This document shows, one piece after another, positions 1-13,127 of a stretch of 64,000 nt of DNA. The translations under genes were made by a program, and so were the position numbers. A model generated the notes under the pieces. That model was not told where the DNA came from. It did not search any database and was given only the letters and a program-made list of their open reading frames with translations. Positions within the stretch are counted from its first letter, which is position 1, and each line of letters opens with the position of its first letter. The stretch lies in NCBI GenBank assembly GCA_973895155.1, contig OZ316894.1, positions 21,671,867-21,735,866 on the forward strand, given 5' to 3'. Source of the stretch: Marsupella aquatica. Its lineage: Eukaryota > Plantae > Marchantiophyta.

Positions 1-124
1 ACTCACTGCAAAGCACTTTGCCCAGCATAAATAAAATTTATGCATTATTTTTGCTGTAATGCATTTTGGGAGAATTACTTTCTCATCCGAGGCCATGCAT
101 GTAGGCTTGGCCACAGACGGGTTT

Positions 125-359
125 GCATGATGGGAATTATGCTGGAGACATAAGTCTGTCGACCCCATTGGGACCCGACTTTAAAATTCAACCTTTTCAT
201 TACCATGGGTAATAGATTACCAACCTGGTGTCCTGCATACCTGCATGATGGGAATCATGCAGGAGACATAAGTCTGTCGACCCCATTGGGACTTGACTTT
301 AGAGTTCAACCTTTTCATTACCTTGGGTAATAGCTTACCAACCTGGTGTCCTGCATACC
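125..359. repeat. Tandem duplication of a ~118-bp unit inside a paladin intron
   Basis: GCATGATGGGAAT...GGAGACATAAGTCTGTCGACCCCATTGGGAC...CCAACCTGGTGTCCTGCATACC occurs at ~125-240 and ~243-359 with few mismatches. Confidence 0.9.
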
Positions 360-500
360 CTGATATTGGCTAAAGTGAACGCAATGATTGCGTCTTGATA
401 ACAATATTTTATGTTTGAGGTGACTTGCTGATTGTCACTCGTTTCTACTAACAGTTATAACTAAATCCTGAGGAGGTCTTTGTGTTTGAATTTAACGCAG

Positions 501-3500
501 GGTGGTGCAGAGAGTAAGCGGGAGGTTGACAAGGTGATAGACAAATGCTCTGCCATGCAGGTATGGTTCTACTATAGACGTCATTTATCCAAATTGAATT
601 TTGAATGTCTGCCCGGATTTGGATTATCTCCTTTGAGGCTGAGAGGATATTATTTGGTTGGACACATGTAGATAAACCTGTAATACTGGTCGTGGGAGCA
701 TAAGTACATCTACTGCCAGAGGCTCCTTAGAACGTGTGGTGCGAGTTCAGTTTTAACGTCTCAATCTTTAGGAGTTAGCTACCATCAACATGTCTTATAA
801 GGGACAGTTGTGCTCTTTGTAGGCCTGTGTGATACAAGCTTGCTAATTACGTTGCAACGGTCATGTCCTCAGAATTTAAGAGAAGCCATTGCGGGTTATC
901 GAAATAGCATTCAGAGACAAGCAGATGAGAAGAAGCGTGAGGCAGCTCTCTCTTATTTTGTTGAATATCTGGAGAGATACTATTTCCTCATCTGCTTTGC
1001 TGTATACATACATACAGACCAGATTGCTTTGTTACCAAATCGTAATCCAGGACAAGGGAGCTTTCAGCAGTGGATGAGGGCACGCCCTGAGCTATACAGC
1101 ATACTGCGCAGGTTAGCCTTTTCTTCAGCATCGTTGTGTTTGTTCAGTTTCTTATATTTAAATTAGAACTGGTTACAGAAGACCATTTTGGATTTCGTAT
1201 TCGATGCAGCACCTCATTTTTGTGTAAATGTATTCTTGCAGGCTACTCAGGCGAGATCCCATGGGTGCTTTGGGATACGGGAACAAACCTGCGGGGACAA
1301 GTTTAAAATCTTCTCCGAGTGGAAATGGCCGGCCAAGGGACATGGAAATCATTGTCGCATCAAGACAAGGACAAGTCTTGGGGAGACAGACTGTTTTGAA
1401 AAGTGACCACTGCCCTGGTTGTCAATCAATGTCCCTACCTGAAAGAGTCGAAGGGGCCCCTAACTTCAGAGAAGTGGCCGGGTTTCCAGTGTATGGAGTC
1501 GCGAATCCAACTATTGATGGAATCCGGGCTGTCCTTCAGAGAATTGGAAGTGCAGTTGGTGGGCGACAGGTCTTGTGGCATAATATGCGGGAGGAACCTG
1601 TTATTTACATAAATGGAAAACCTTTTGTTCTCCGCGAAGTAGAGCGGCCTTACAAGAATATGCTTGAATACACGGTAACGTACTGTCATAGAGTAGAAAC
1701 GGCACTCTATTCGCTTTTGTTTCATCCATTCTTTTGAAGCATATTGTCAGCATTTGTCGCAAAGTCTGGTTGTATCAGTAACTCATTCACCGTCGAAGTA
1801 TAAGCTGCAAGATGCAAGTTGGGTACTCATACCACTAAGTCTTCTAAGTAGCAGTTCTGCATATTCTTGCAGGGCATAGATACAAAGAGAGTAGAACAAA
1901 TGGAGGCACGACTGAAAGAAGATGTATTGCGTGAAGCTGCTCAATATGATGGTGGTATCATGGTTAATCATGAAACTGATGACGGCCAAATATTTGATGC
2001 CTGGGAACCAGTAAACTCAAATGCTGTGATGACTCCTCTAGAGGTGTTTAAGGGCTTGGAGGCCGAAGGACTTCCTGTTGTGTATGCAAGGGTGCCAATT
2101 ACGGATGGGAAGGCTCCGAAGAGCTCCGATTTTGATACTCTTGCAGAGAAAATTGCGTCAGCTCTGAGCAATACAGCTTTTGTCTTCAACTGCCAGGTAT
2201 GCTCTCACGGAACTGACATTGATGATCAATTGTAGGTGGATTACCCCTGACGTCTACGTAGCGGCCAGTATTTTATCCCTGGCAGGGGTTTTACGGCCAT
2301 TGTACTTCAAGACATCGTGGAATCATTGTTGTTTGTGTGCTTGATAACTCTTTGATATTACCCGTTCTACAGAGAATCTAAAAGACCTTGCTCCCTCTTC
2401 AGCCGACCTTAGAGTTATTGGATTCCTTTCCATGCTCAAAACTTAGGTGTTTGTCATTGTCAGATGGGACGAGGACGCACGACAACAGGAACCGTCATAG
2501 CGTGCCTTGTGCAGCTTCGCTGTCAGTTTGGAAGACCTCTTAGAACTGTTCGACCAGTAATTGAGAATCCATTAGCAGATGCTGGTTCAAGCAGTGGTGA
2601 TGATGCCGGTAATGACTCGCCTGGGGACAGCCCTTCTGTGATCACAGTTACCAAGCTGGACAGACCGAAGGTAGCAACGGGTTTTGTATTGGATGACGTA
2701 CCAATTGTTCGCAAGATAACTCGTCTACTGGAGAATGGGGTGGAGTGTAGGGAGGCTCTGGATTCAGTTATTGATCTCTGTGCTGCAATGCAAAATATCC
2801 GTCAAGCTATTCTTCAGTACCGAAGGGTTTTCAACCAACAGAACTTTGAGGCTCATGTGAGACGCGCAGCATTAAATCGTGGTGTTGAGTACCTAGAGCG
2901 GTACTTTATGCTTATTGCTTTTGCTGCATATTTGGGAAGCCCTGCATTTGATGGTTATTGTCAATATGGTTCTTCCGGTATACCATTTAAGAAATGGTTG
3001 CGACAGCGCCCAGAAGTGAGGCAAATGAAGTGGAGTATGCGACTGAGACCAGCACGAGTCTTTACTATAACAGTAAGTATTGCAGTTACGCCTCTGACTC
3101 TGTTAGCCCAAGGGGCTGGTAGCGAATAGAATTAAGGCTACACATGTTTCACGTTGAAAACAGAGTAAATTCATCTCTGCACGTCTTCAAAGATATGACG
3201 GACAGTATGGGCATTGTTCTCTGTTTCTGGTTTTGGTAAGATAATCATTGCATTTTGTGAAGGTCTTCGCAGCATGGCTTTATCGTTTTGAACACGCCTG
3301 GGCACGTTTTGTTTTCCCTTTTGAGTTTTACATATAAAAGAGGGAAGGTAGGGGCGCCGTCCTGCATCTGAGACTAAAAGCTGAGACTTTGTTTGAAGCT
3401 GTCATGACTTCATTGGGGATCTTGTACTAAAAATTTGTTCAAACCTTTTACAATGTTTTCCGTGCAGGAGGACATAAAGACGTCTTGTGATCCAAATGAT

Positions 3501-6043
3501 GGCGATGCAGTGATGGAGGCCATTGTGAAGGCTCGCATCGGATCCGTGTTAGGGAAGCGTGCTATTCTGAAAATGTATTTCTTTCCTGGCCAGAAAACGT
3601 CTGCGGATCATGTCAAGATAAATGGCGCTCAGCATATTTTCAAGGTAGCTCATCTTTGATAGAGATCTGGGACTCTTCCTGTTGGAGCAATTTTTGCATA
3701 TGTCTCAAGGTATATGCAGCTAACTCGGGGGCCTTTACACCAGGGAAGTACATGTGTAACGTTTACGGGTACCTTCGGATTTTATATAACGTTAGTTTTC
3801 GAGAGGTCAGACAGAGTCAAGAGCCCCGACTCTCAATTAACCTGCTTAAATTTGGCTTTCTGGACGACAGGTTGATGATTTTCGTGTGTACAGCATGGCA
3901 ACACCAACTGTAGATGGAGCCAAAGAATTTCTGATTTATCTGAATGCTCATCCAAGTTCAGGGTCTAAAGCTATAGTGACGGACTTGCGGGAGGAGGTCG
4001 TCGTGTACATCCATGGTAATCCATTTGTTCTAAGGGAGCTCGATCAGCCTGTGAGCGCATTGAAGCATGTCGGCATTACAGGGCCAGCTGTAAGTACAAC
4101 TTTTTCTTGACTTGTCATGGAGATCATTTGACCCGTTGGAATTAACTAGGAAAGAAACAAACAAAATTGTACAATTGACCAGTACGAGCAGCAGATGTAG
4201 GTCCTAATTTTGCTAACCGTTTCTGATGGATTAACTTTGCCAAGAGGGTCTAGTGATCCCCCAAAAGTGAGGCACTCAAACTTTTACTTTGGTCACTAGG
4301 AGGCTCTTGGATGTTTCTTGTAGTCAGCTTATGAATGACTCTCACATGAAGGGCACTCACTGGATATATCTGAATGGTTTTCATAGTATTTGTGGAAACT
4401 GCCATATCTTGCAGGTGGAGCAAATGGAAAGCAGACTTAAGGAAGACATTTTGGCAGAAGCAGCAAGATCAGGTGGTCGCATGCTCCTACATCGCGAAGA
4501 GTTCAGATCAGGCACAAATCAGTCAGATGTGGTCGGGTACTGGGAGACTCTGGCGCCTACTGATGTTCAAACTTCAGCTGAGGTGTATGGGTCCCTCAAG
4601 GCAGCGGGCTACAACATTGACTACAAGAGAATACCGTTGACAAGAGAACGGGCTGCCTTAGCTACTGATGTAGATGCGATTCAATCCCGACTAGACATGT
4701 AGGTTTTGATTATGACATCTCTCTTTGAGTCGTTGGGCAATAAGTAGAGCTCCAAGATTTGCTTACAAACGCAAAACTTTCAACGCTTGACATGGTTTGT
4801 GTGTTGGTTGGCATGTCAACAGGGTGGGTGATGGGGATGTGGATTATTGCTTCATTTCTCACACTGGAGTTGGGGGAGTTGCATATGCAATGGCTATCAC
4901 CTGTCTGAGACTACAGGCAATGGCCCAGTCGGTGAATCGTGCCGCCTCTTCGTCGACAGGATCAGACATGGCCGTGTCTTTTCCGTTGCAGATAGGAGAA
5001 GATGTCATCACAAGGCCCAAGGACGATGAGGAGGCCTTCAGACAAGGCGATTATAGAGATATTCTGAGCCTGACCCGTGTTTTGGCTAATGGACCGGCAA
5101 GCAAGATAGAGACCGACAGCATAATTGAAAGGTACCACCGTGCTCTTCGACTTGGGTTCCCTACCAATAAGGTCAGAGGGTTGTGCGAGGTGAACAGAGT
5201 TTTGTATATTCCCAGATTTCTAGAAATTTATTCTCAATACTCGAGGGACGCACAACCCTATATCAATCAGCAGCAAGTTTCAAGAATACTTTCATCTTTA
5301 CATACATTACAAGCGGAAAAATGGATCAGTGGACTCAAACCGGTGATGGAGAAGTCTTGGTCCTTGTTATTGGAGGCGGTTGCTGATTACTTTCTCTGGA
5401 TTTGACATGCAATTTCAGTCCCCCTAGTAGTACCTGACATAGATGTCGTATAGAGATCTACAATGGAGGCAAATTTAGTATTGAATAAGGCGAAAGATAT
5501 TTCTTTCAGAGTGACTTGCGTGGGGATTAATTCATGCTCTCAAGGTATAGTGTAGAGGCAAGCAATGGGACACTGTTGGGTTCTTATGTTGGTCTTAAAG
5601 TTCGCTGCAAATATGGGACTAAAAGATCATCCTTTTGGAGATTCTTGCAGGTGTGAAGGAGCTGGAAATATTCTCGAGGATATATTTGATTATAAGAAAC
5701 AGTTAGAAGATTGCTTACAAGGAGATGACGAGCGAAGATCATACTGGAAGGACATGGGCATCAAGGCTCTAAGGTCAGCTTTTCCCACTTCTTTTCCCTA
5801 GTTTTATCCGATTCTATCTTCTTCTGCAGGACATCGTTGAAAATGCTACCTGAAATTTGTGTCTCACAACAAGATGGATGGGAACTGTGCAGGAGGTACT
5901 TCTTCCTGATCGCCTTCAGGTCTTACCTGTATCACAGGGTAGCTACGGGTGGGAACACCATGCCAGACAATGCTGCATTTGCTTCTTGGATGCTAGCTCG
6001 TCCAGAGCTTGGCCATCTCTGTGATAATATTAAGCTCGGGTGA
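501..6043 (+). CDS. PALD1: Paladin-like protein (PTP-like / inositol-phosphatase repeats), 3' portion; 5' exons lie upstream of the window
   Basis: Exons inferred from GT-AG sites: ~501-560, 873-1111, 1242-1674, 1873-2196, 2464-3072, 3468-3644, 3871-4089, 4415-4698, 4823-5131, 5651-5773, 5893-6043 (TGA). Paladin motifs: LKSDHCPGCQ, GAPNFREV, WHNMREEPVIYINGKPFVLRE, RVPITDGKAP, CX5R loop FNCQ|MGRGRTTTG, and EYLERY repeated per domain. Confidence 0.93.
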
Positions 6044-7639
6044 TAAATATTCAACAAAACAGGTAAGAAATGTTAATACGGGACCGTTTAATCAGCCAAT
6101 CACTATTGTTAGATGCTTCCAAATTACGGATACATTATGGGTTCTTCGTAGAATCTTGGATTGTCATTTTCGAAACTTGTCAGGTTTTGTGTTAACGTCC
6201 TTCGAGGGGAGGCGTATCATAAATTTCACTATGCACTTAGTCTTCGGTGACCGAAGCTAAGCTATATAGTTTCCTTCGCTGAACCGCTGCACAACGTCTT
6301 AAGGAGGAAATTAATCAATCCAGATCTTATTGGGAGGAGTTTCAAGATCTTCTACATTCATTTTATTCTACGAAGAAAGGCTCTAGTGGCCTTATGTTAG
6401 ACTAGCTCAGTGTTCTTAAACCCCCCCACTAGCCATATAAAAGGGGGAAGTGTCCAAGACTTCTCCCTTTTCACATTCCACTCATTCTTCTCCTGTCCCG
6501 TGGCATTTTGCTCCACAATTCCAGGAAAAGTGTACTATTCGTGGCTAGTGGTGGTTTAAAGAACATGGTGCATCCTCATGTCCTATGGACTGGAGATGAA
6601 GTTGTGGAGATGAAATCTAACCTCGATCCTTGCTCGTGTGATTGTCTGTCTTTCAAACCAGGCTCTCTGAAGATCCTCAAAAAGCTTCTTTCAAACTCGA
6701 TGGAGGGGAATTGTACATATCCAAGAATGAGCAACTGTGGAGGTTCATAATTTCCTCACAGCACTGTGTAAACGACATTTGCATGTTTGTACATTACTCA
6801 GGAAAATAGGAGTCGACCAGATTAGATGATATCACCTTGACAACTGATTGCTAGACACACGTATTAGCTTCATCATATTGATATGCCATGCTCAATGGCT
6901 GAGTTATATGTAGTTAGCTCAAATTAGCCAATTTTGGAATGAGTTTAAGCTTCATAAATGAATCCACTTCAGTGGTGAACAACTCTGCATGCCTGCTGAG
7001 CTGGTACCACATTGGCTGTATCAGAGTGAAAGCAGCCTGTTTTGTACTTAACAGCCTGAAAGGAAACTTCACTGTAGAATTTTTCTCAAAGTTTTTCTTG
7101 CTGAACACGTGTGAGAAGACGCAGGCTGTCTTGAATGTTGAGGAAATGGAGGCAGTGGTATAATGCCATAACAACTATCCATTCATCCTTCCACACTGGA
7201 CGACGTTGTGTCCCCAAGTATTATTATATACTGCATGTAATGTATTACAGTAAGCACGATGTGGAGCAGGAAGATCGACAGGTAATTGCAGTTGTAGCTA
7301 TCTACCATCGTTCTTATCAAAATGGACTTTGCCATTAGTTAGAACTGAACAGCGTCAGGAGCCGGGGCACTCTTGCGCTGAGACGTTAGAAGCAGCATGT
7401 AACAATCAGCAGGCCTTGTGGCCCCCTTGATACCCAATGACTCAATGTATGCCTCATTAGACACACAGAGCGACAGGAAGCTCAAGATCGAAGGAAGCTC
7501 AAAGCAAAACGAACTACCAAAAGATCGGAACACAAGAGGCTCCACCTCCCAGGCATGATAGGATAGCATCAGTGAGTGTTTTGCACTGATATCTATACTA
7601 TATTAGCATGCCCTTATTTATATGGAAGTGTTTTTCTCT

Positions 7640-8005
7640 TAGTGATACAATTTCTTGATATTTAAGGTATGTTTGAGAATAGGGATTCTCTAATTTCTCT
7701 TTAGCATAAATTTCGATATTTACACTATGTTTGTGAGCATGGGCATGGCCATTCTCTAATTTTTCTATAGCATAAACTTTTGATATTTAGAGTATGTTTG
7801 TGAATAGGGATGAGCAAAGGCCTACTCTTTAATATATCTTTTAACTGAAATGTTGATATTTAGACTATGTTGTTTGTGAGTAGGGATGAGCAATGGCCTA
7901 CTCCTTCATATATCTGTAACTAAAATGGTTGATATTTAGACTATGTTTGTGATTAGGAATAGACATTTTTGTGTAAAGATTCAGTTTGTGAGTAGAGATG
8001 GGTAT
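7640..8005. repeat. Degenerate tandem minisatellite (~55-75-bp units)
   Basis: Recurrent GATATTTAGA(C/G)TATGTTTGTGA..AGGGATG core, about 5-6 copies. Confidence 0.7.
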
Positions 8006-8162
8006 GGAGAGTGTGCGCAAAGGAAGCTCATCCTTAGCACCAGTATTTGGGCTAGTAAAATTGTGCATATGTCCTTTACCTGTAGCGTCGAAAGGATTAC
8101 GTCATGTTGGATGTCCTCTATGTCTCCCACATATCTGGGACGTGTGAATGTCTATAATCAAT

Positions 8163-8485
8163 CTCAGGGGTCTCACTATATAGAGGTCTCCTCATCGGGT
8201 CTCACTATATAGAGGTCTCCTCATCACCTGTGACATTTTTAGGTCTTTGATCCCCTAAAATGTAAGAAAATTTTATTTTTTCAACCCCTATAAAGTTAAA
8301 ATATTCTTGGATTATTTCAAAATTTGGTAAGAAGTACCCTAATGTTCTTATAAATCTCAAAATTGGATTTAAAAAATATTATTGTTCTTCTAAGATAATT
8401 CTTAAGTTATTCTGTTGAACCAATAAAATGACCTTATCCTTCGTCGCACATGATGTGCCATTTTTATGGAAGTGAAATCTCAAAG
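8163..8485 (+). mobile_element. MITE family A, decayed copy with a short internal duplication
   Basis: Homologous to 54420-54714. Starts CTCAGGGGTCTCACTATA and ends AGTGAAATCTCAAAG. Flanks TAATCAAT and AATCCAAT look like an eroded TSD. Confidence 0.8.
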
Positions 8486-8525
8486 AATCCAATATGTTGG
8501 GTTCTAGATATCATGCTCATATACA

Positions 8526-8792
8526 CTCGGGGGTCTCACTATATGGATGCCTCCCCATCATCTGCGAATTTTTTAGGCCTTAGACCCCCTAAAATGTAAG
8601 AATTTTAAAAAAAAATTCAACCCCTAAAAATTTGGTTATAAGGACCCTAATGTTCTTATAAGTCTCAAAGTTGGATTTAAAAGACCCTATTGTTCTTCTC
8701 AGAAAATTCTTAAGTCTTCTCTTTGAACCAATAAAATGACACTATACTTAATTGCACGTGATATGTCATTTTTGTGGAAATGAAACCCCCAA
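8526..8792 (+). mobile_element. MITE family A copy with 8-bp TSD CATATACA
   Basis: CATATACA at 8518-8525 and 8793-8800. Termini CTCGGGGGTCTCACT ... ATGAAACCCCCAA. Confidence 0.88.
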
Positions 8793-9804
8793 CATATACA
8801 TAGTTACACAACATATATTGCATATCACACACATCCCATCATAGGCACAAACACACAAGAGAATTGAGTGGTGGCAGGTCTACAAAGTATGTCTTCTTCA
8901 ATGTCGGTATTTTAGCAGCAGTTTTGTTTAGATCCTACCTAGCTTGCAAGACTCTTAATCTTATGACCTATGCACTTTTCTTTAGATTCCCCCAATGGCT
9001 GCCAATGCATGCTTGGGTCAAAGGTGATATCATTAGGATTTTTCTAGTGCTTCAACAAAACAACATACAATAGATACTTTATGCCCAACTTTCAAATCAT
9101 TTTTCTGCCTTTATTGGGTCCCCCCCCCCCCCCCCCCCCCCCCCCCTTTATTGGGTTCTTTTGCCTTGTGGACCATGTCTCCTGGTTTGGCCATCTTGTC
9201 TTTCTGGCAATGTGATATATATATATATATATATTTTCTGCCCAAAAATCTAAAGGTCATCCTTAAATTAATGGGGATCTAACAGTCAGGAAACGCAGAT
9301 AAGGCATCTTCTCTTTCATAGAGGCTGACGCTGACATTCGCCACACTGGCTAAAACCAAAGAACATTAGAAAATATACTGCTCCAGATTCCAGCTTGCTA
9401 GGCTATATAGTAGATTCTTGCTGCTCATAAAGAAAATTGTCCCTTTCAATGGGAGCAAAAGTTGTCGCCATGGGATGCAATGTTGACTTGTTGAAAAACT
9501 CATCCTGATAATTGCACATAAAAATGTGTTAATATATGGTGTACACTAAGTGATTAAAGAGAAATATTTGGTTTACCATGTTATGGAATGATCTTGAAAA
9601 ATCTTGTTGTGCTCAACCCAAGCTGATCCATTTAAAGAGAATAAATTGATTTACCATGGTATGGAATCTTAGTACAAAGGCACAAATTAAAGCCACTTCT
9701 TAAGGGCCTAGGTCAGCCTATTCTTAAAGCGCCACTGTCCGTGAAGCAGAACCTGGTGGATCCAGGCTACTAAAATAAATTTAAAAAGCACCCTGTTTTG
9801 TACT

Positions 9805-9960
9805 CCCCGAACTTGGTAGACAGTGGTGGTTTAAGGGCCTAGGTCTAAGAGTTTGTCCTCCCCAAACCTGATAGACAGTGGGTGGTTTAAGGGCCTAGGT
9901 CTAAGAGTTTGTCCTCCCCAAACCTGATAGACAGTGGTTGGTTTAAGGGCCTAGGTCTAG
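9805..9960. repeat. Tandem repeat, ~58-bp unit x ~3
   Basis: TCCCCAAACCTGATAGACAGTGG..GGTTTAAGGGCCTAGGTCTAAGAGTTTGTCC is repeated. Confidence 0.85.
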
Positions 9961-10297
9961 AGTGAAGCCTCTAGACCATAACTCCCAATAGAGACAAAAC
10001 TGATAATGAGTCTCAATGAGGTCAAAACCTTAGATGAGTATGGACAAAAGTGACATTGACTTTAAAACAAAACTGAAATGAGGGACAAAAAACAAGTAAC
10101 TATGGGGTTTCCTAGGAAAAACAAGCATGGGGCAAACAGGGCAAATGGGGCAAAGCTGAATGAAAATAGCATATAAATTTTTTATTGTGTAATATGTTTT
10201 TCTTCATATGTATTTAAGTTCAAGGAATGGTGATTGGGCTAGTAATCTTGAAAAACCTGGTTACGCTCAACCTTTATAATGTGTAATTCATGAGACT

Positions 10298-10487
10298 GGA
10301 TAAAAACTTTATGAGAGATTTGCTTGGTGGGACCCCACATGAAAATGTTTTACTTGATAGGACCCTTGAAAGTTTGGGTCAGTCTATTCAAGGTAAATCA
10401 ACGGTGTGGATCACTCAGGGGTCCTATCAAGTAAAACATTTCCATTTGGGGTCCCACCAAGCAAATCCCTCAAAACTTTATACATCC
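10298..10487. repeat. Foldback inverted repeat (~70-bp arms, ~45-bp loop); MITE-like or hairpin-RNA source
   Basis: GATTTGCTTGGTGGGACCCCACATGAAAATGTTTTACTTGATAGGACCC (~10317-10365) pairs with GGGTCCTATCAAGTAAAACATTTCCATTTGGGGTCCCACCAAGCAAATC (~10419-10467). Confidence 0.85.
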
Positions 10488-11444
10488 TCAAGAGGCAATC
10501 AAAGAGCTTGTTAATTAAGATGGTGAAGGCTCGGAAGAAGGATTGGACACAGGTTGTTGGAAAGTTTGGGTTGGAGGACTGGGACAAAGCTTTTAGTGCC
10601 GCCGCGGCTAATGCTGGCATGGGCAACCAGACCATTGATTCAGGATCCAATTCACTACACGGTTCTATTCGTCACTCTGCCCAGCTGAATCGGGTTGCCC
10701 AATTTACTGCACTAGATTCAGCACGTCTATCTGCTTGAATACAGAAATCATAAAACATGTTTTGACGGTCGCTTAATGTTTTGTAAGCCATGGCAGTAAG
10801 AATGTTGTGCACTCTAGGCAATCAATATATAAATTGGAAAGTCTTTATCCAAGCTCATGAACAAAGTTGTGGCCATTCAAGAACAATGGATAGTACTAAG
10901 TGTTCTTAATGTGGCCATAACTTCAGGGGAGTGTGCATTGAGAGAGAGTTCACGTTCACTATACATCAACCTGTGTATCCAAGGAGACATAATTATGGGA
11001 AGGCTTTACAATCAACACTGTTATAACAAGCTAGAGAATGCCGTTTACCTACAGACAGCCAGTTTGGTACTGACAGTAATCGACTTGGGAAGGTAAAGCA
11101 TGTGGTGACAATTGTTGCTCCATGCAAGGAATTAGAAAGGGAGCTTAATTGGGAGCTTAATGAGAGTTATCTTCGAATTATTTTCTCTCAAGTGGACCAA
11201 ATTGGGGTTCTCAAATCCTCACACTCCCATGATTAAAGAAATATGTGATGACTGCAATACTGAAGACCTTGATCTTATTGATTTGCTGATTCCACCTGCA
11301 ACTAGGTGATTCCTTGTTGCTGCTATGCTGCCTCCACATTCAATCTCTAGGATTTTGTGGCCCTTGAGCTTTTTGGGTTCTTGGATTTCCTGGTTTTTGT
11401 TCCTTCAGGATCCTGTCTCACAATAAGGACTTTTGGCTCTTATA

Positions 11445-11905
11445 TATATATAATGCCTCCACACTCAATCTTTGTCTCGTGTGTCTGTTCTGTCACTCTT
11501 TAGGTCTCACGGTAATGCACTTTCAGTGGTGCTTTTGCATTGGTATATATGTAGTGCCTCCACACTCAATCCTTGTCTCGTGAGTATGTTCTCTGTCACT
11601 CTTGAGGTCTCATGGTAATGCACTTTTTGTGATTTTGCATTGGTATATATGTAGTGCTTCCACACTCAATCCTTGTCTCGTGTGTCTCTCTGTCACTCTT
11701 GAGGTCTCATGGTAATGCACTTTTTGTGCTTTTGCATTGGTATATAATTATGCAGTGCCTTCACATTCAATCCTTGTCTGGTGTCTTTTCTGTCACTCTT
11801 GAGATCTCACAGTAATGCACTTTTTGTGCTTTTGCATCATAATTATATTTCTATATAGTGCCTCCACATTCAATCCTTGTCTAGTGTGTCTGTCCTCTTG
11901 AGGTG
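11445..11905. repeat. Tandem repeat, ~100-115-bp unit x ~4.5
   Basis: GCCTCCACACTCAATCCTTGTCTCG...CTGTCACTCTTGAGGTCTCATGGTAATGCACTTTT...TTTTGCATTGGTATAT is repeated. Confidence 0.88.
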
Positions 11906-12714
11906 CTGCCACCTCATGTTGGGGTGGATTCTCTGGATTCCCTCGGGCCTTACACTAAATTGTTCAGAAGTGCAACATATATGTTACAGAAATATCACAC
12001 AAAAGCTTACCAATATTAAGCGTGCAGGAAAGGTTAATGCTTTAATGGACATTTTGAAAAAGTACAAAAAGTACAAAAAGTGCAGCACCCACGATAAAAA
12101 AGGGGTAGAACGATTGACCTTGCAAATAGGTCTGCCGCCTGCTCGTAGAATCCCATTAAACAATCAAACCCAAATCAAACAGAGATTAGCATAAGATGTG
12201 GATGGGTATAACGTGAATGGAATATATTTTAGGGGATACAAGCTGACTGTCCTAGGCCCCACCGGAGCTCCTTCCATCCAGCCCTGCATTACTCTACTTG
12301 GTCCCGTTGCATTATGTGATTTGGAATTTGGAAGCTTTAACTATAAAAATTGATCAGCCATACCATTTGTGGACCTCCAAGCCAAGTGGGGATAAGCACG
12401 CAAAATAAGGGTAGGAAACCAACGCCTAATTAAGCACAAAACACGAGGCAATGTAGATAATCCCACCCAAAAGGACCGTTGACCACTTGGATAGTTTAAA
12501 GTTTACTGCCAAGCCTTTTCCAAGGATTGACAGCAAAGGCCCCCTATCCAACAGACTCTAGCCTCTCCGTGTTGAGTGTTGACTTGTTAATTGCTAACTC
12601 CAAATTAGTCCCAATCCTCATCCACAAACAATTGATGTGTAACTAGCAGACTGATCTGCCTCGTGTACAGATAGCTCATGAAGCATTGCAGTTTTCATTA
12701 CAGCCCTGGGTTGT

Positions 12715-13080
12715 GTTAGACATAGAGAGGAGAGATTCGGCTCTTAGTTGTTGATTTTGAGACTTCAATTTGTCAATCTAGTGTTGGATTGAGCTGCAGT
12801 TGTCAGTGTAGCCGTTGTCAATGTAGCCCTGTGCTGGCAAGACATATCAGGAGACGTTTGGCTCTTGGTGATTTGGGGAATTCAATTCATCAATCTAGCT
12901 ACATGTCGGACAGATTGGTTCTTAGTTGTTGATTTCATGACTTGACTTTGTCAATCTAGTGTCCTGTAGTGTGCTAAAGTTGTCAATGTAGCCATGTGTT
13001 GTGCAAGACATAATTGGAGAGATTCGGCTCTCACTTGTTGATTTGGGGCCTTCAATTTATCAATCTAGATAGTGTCTTGT
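12715..13080. repeat. Degenerate tandem repeat
   Basis: GGAGAGATTCGGCTCTTAGTTGTTGATTT...TCAATTTGTCAATCTAG recurs about 4 times. Confidence 0.7.
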
Positions 13081-13127
13081 ATTGAGCTTGAGAGCGCCGA
13101 GTGGGAAGCTGGGATCAACGACAATAT

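Noticed and set aside
6430-6477. Inverted match to ~30247-30297 and ~56178-56228
   Set aside because: A short dispersed repeat fragment with no definable ends or TSD. Not evidence of a large inversion.
6900-7570. Protein-like minus-strand frames downstream of paladin
   Set aside because: Multiple stops and no identifiable family. Cannot be supported as a gene.
9120-9146. Long C homopolymer (and G run at ~40036-40054)
   Set aside because: Simple sequence whose length may be a sequencing artefact. No supportable function.
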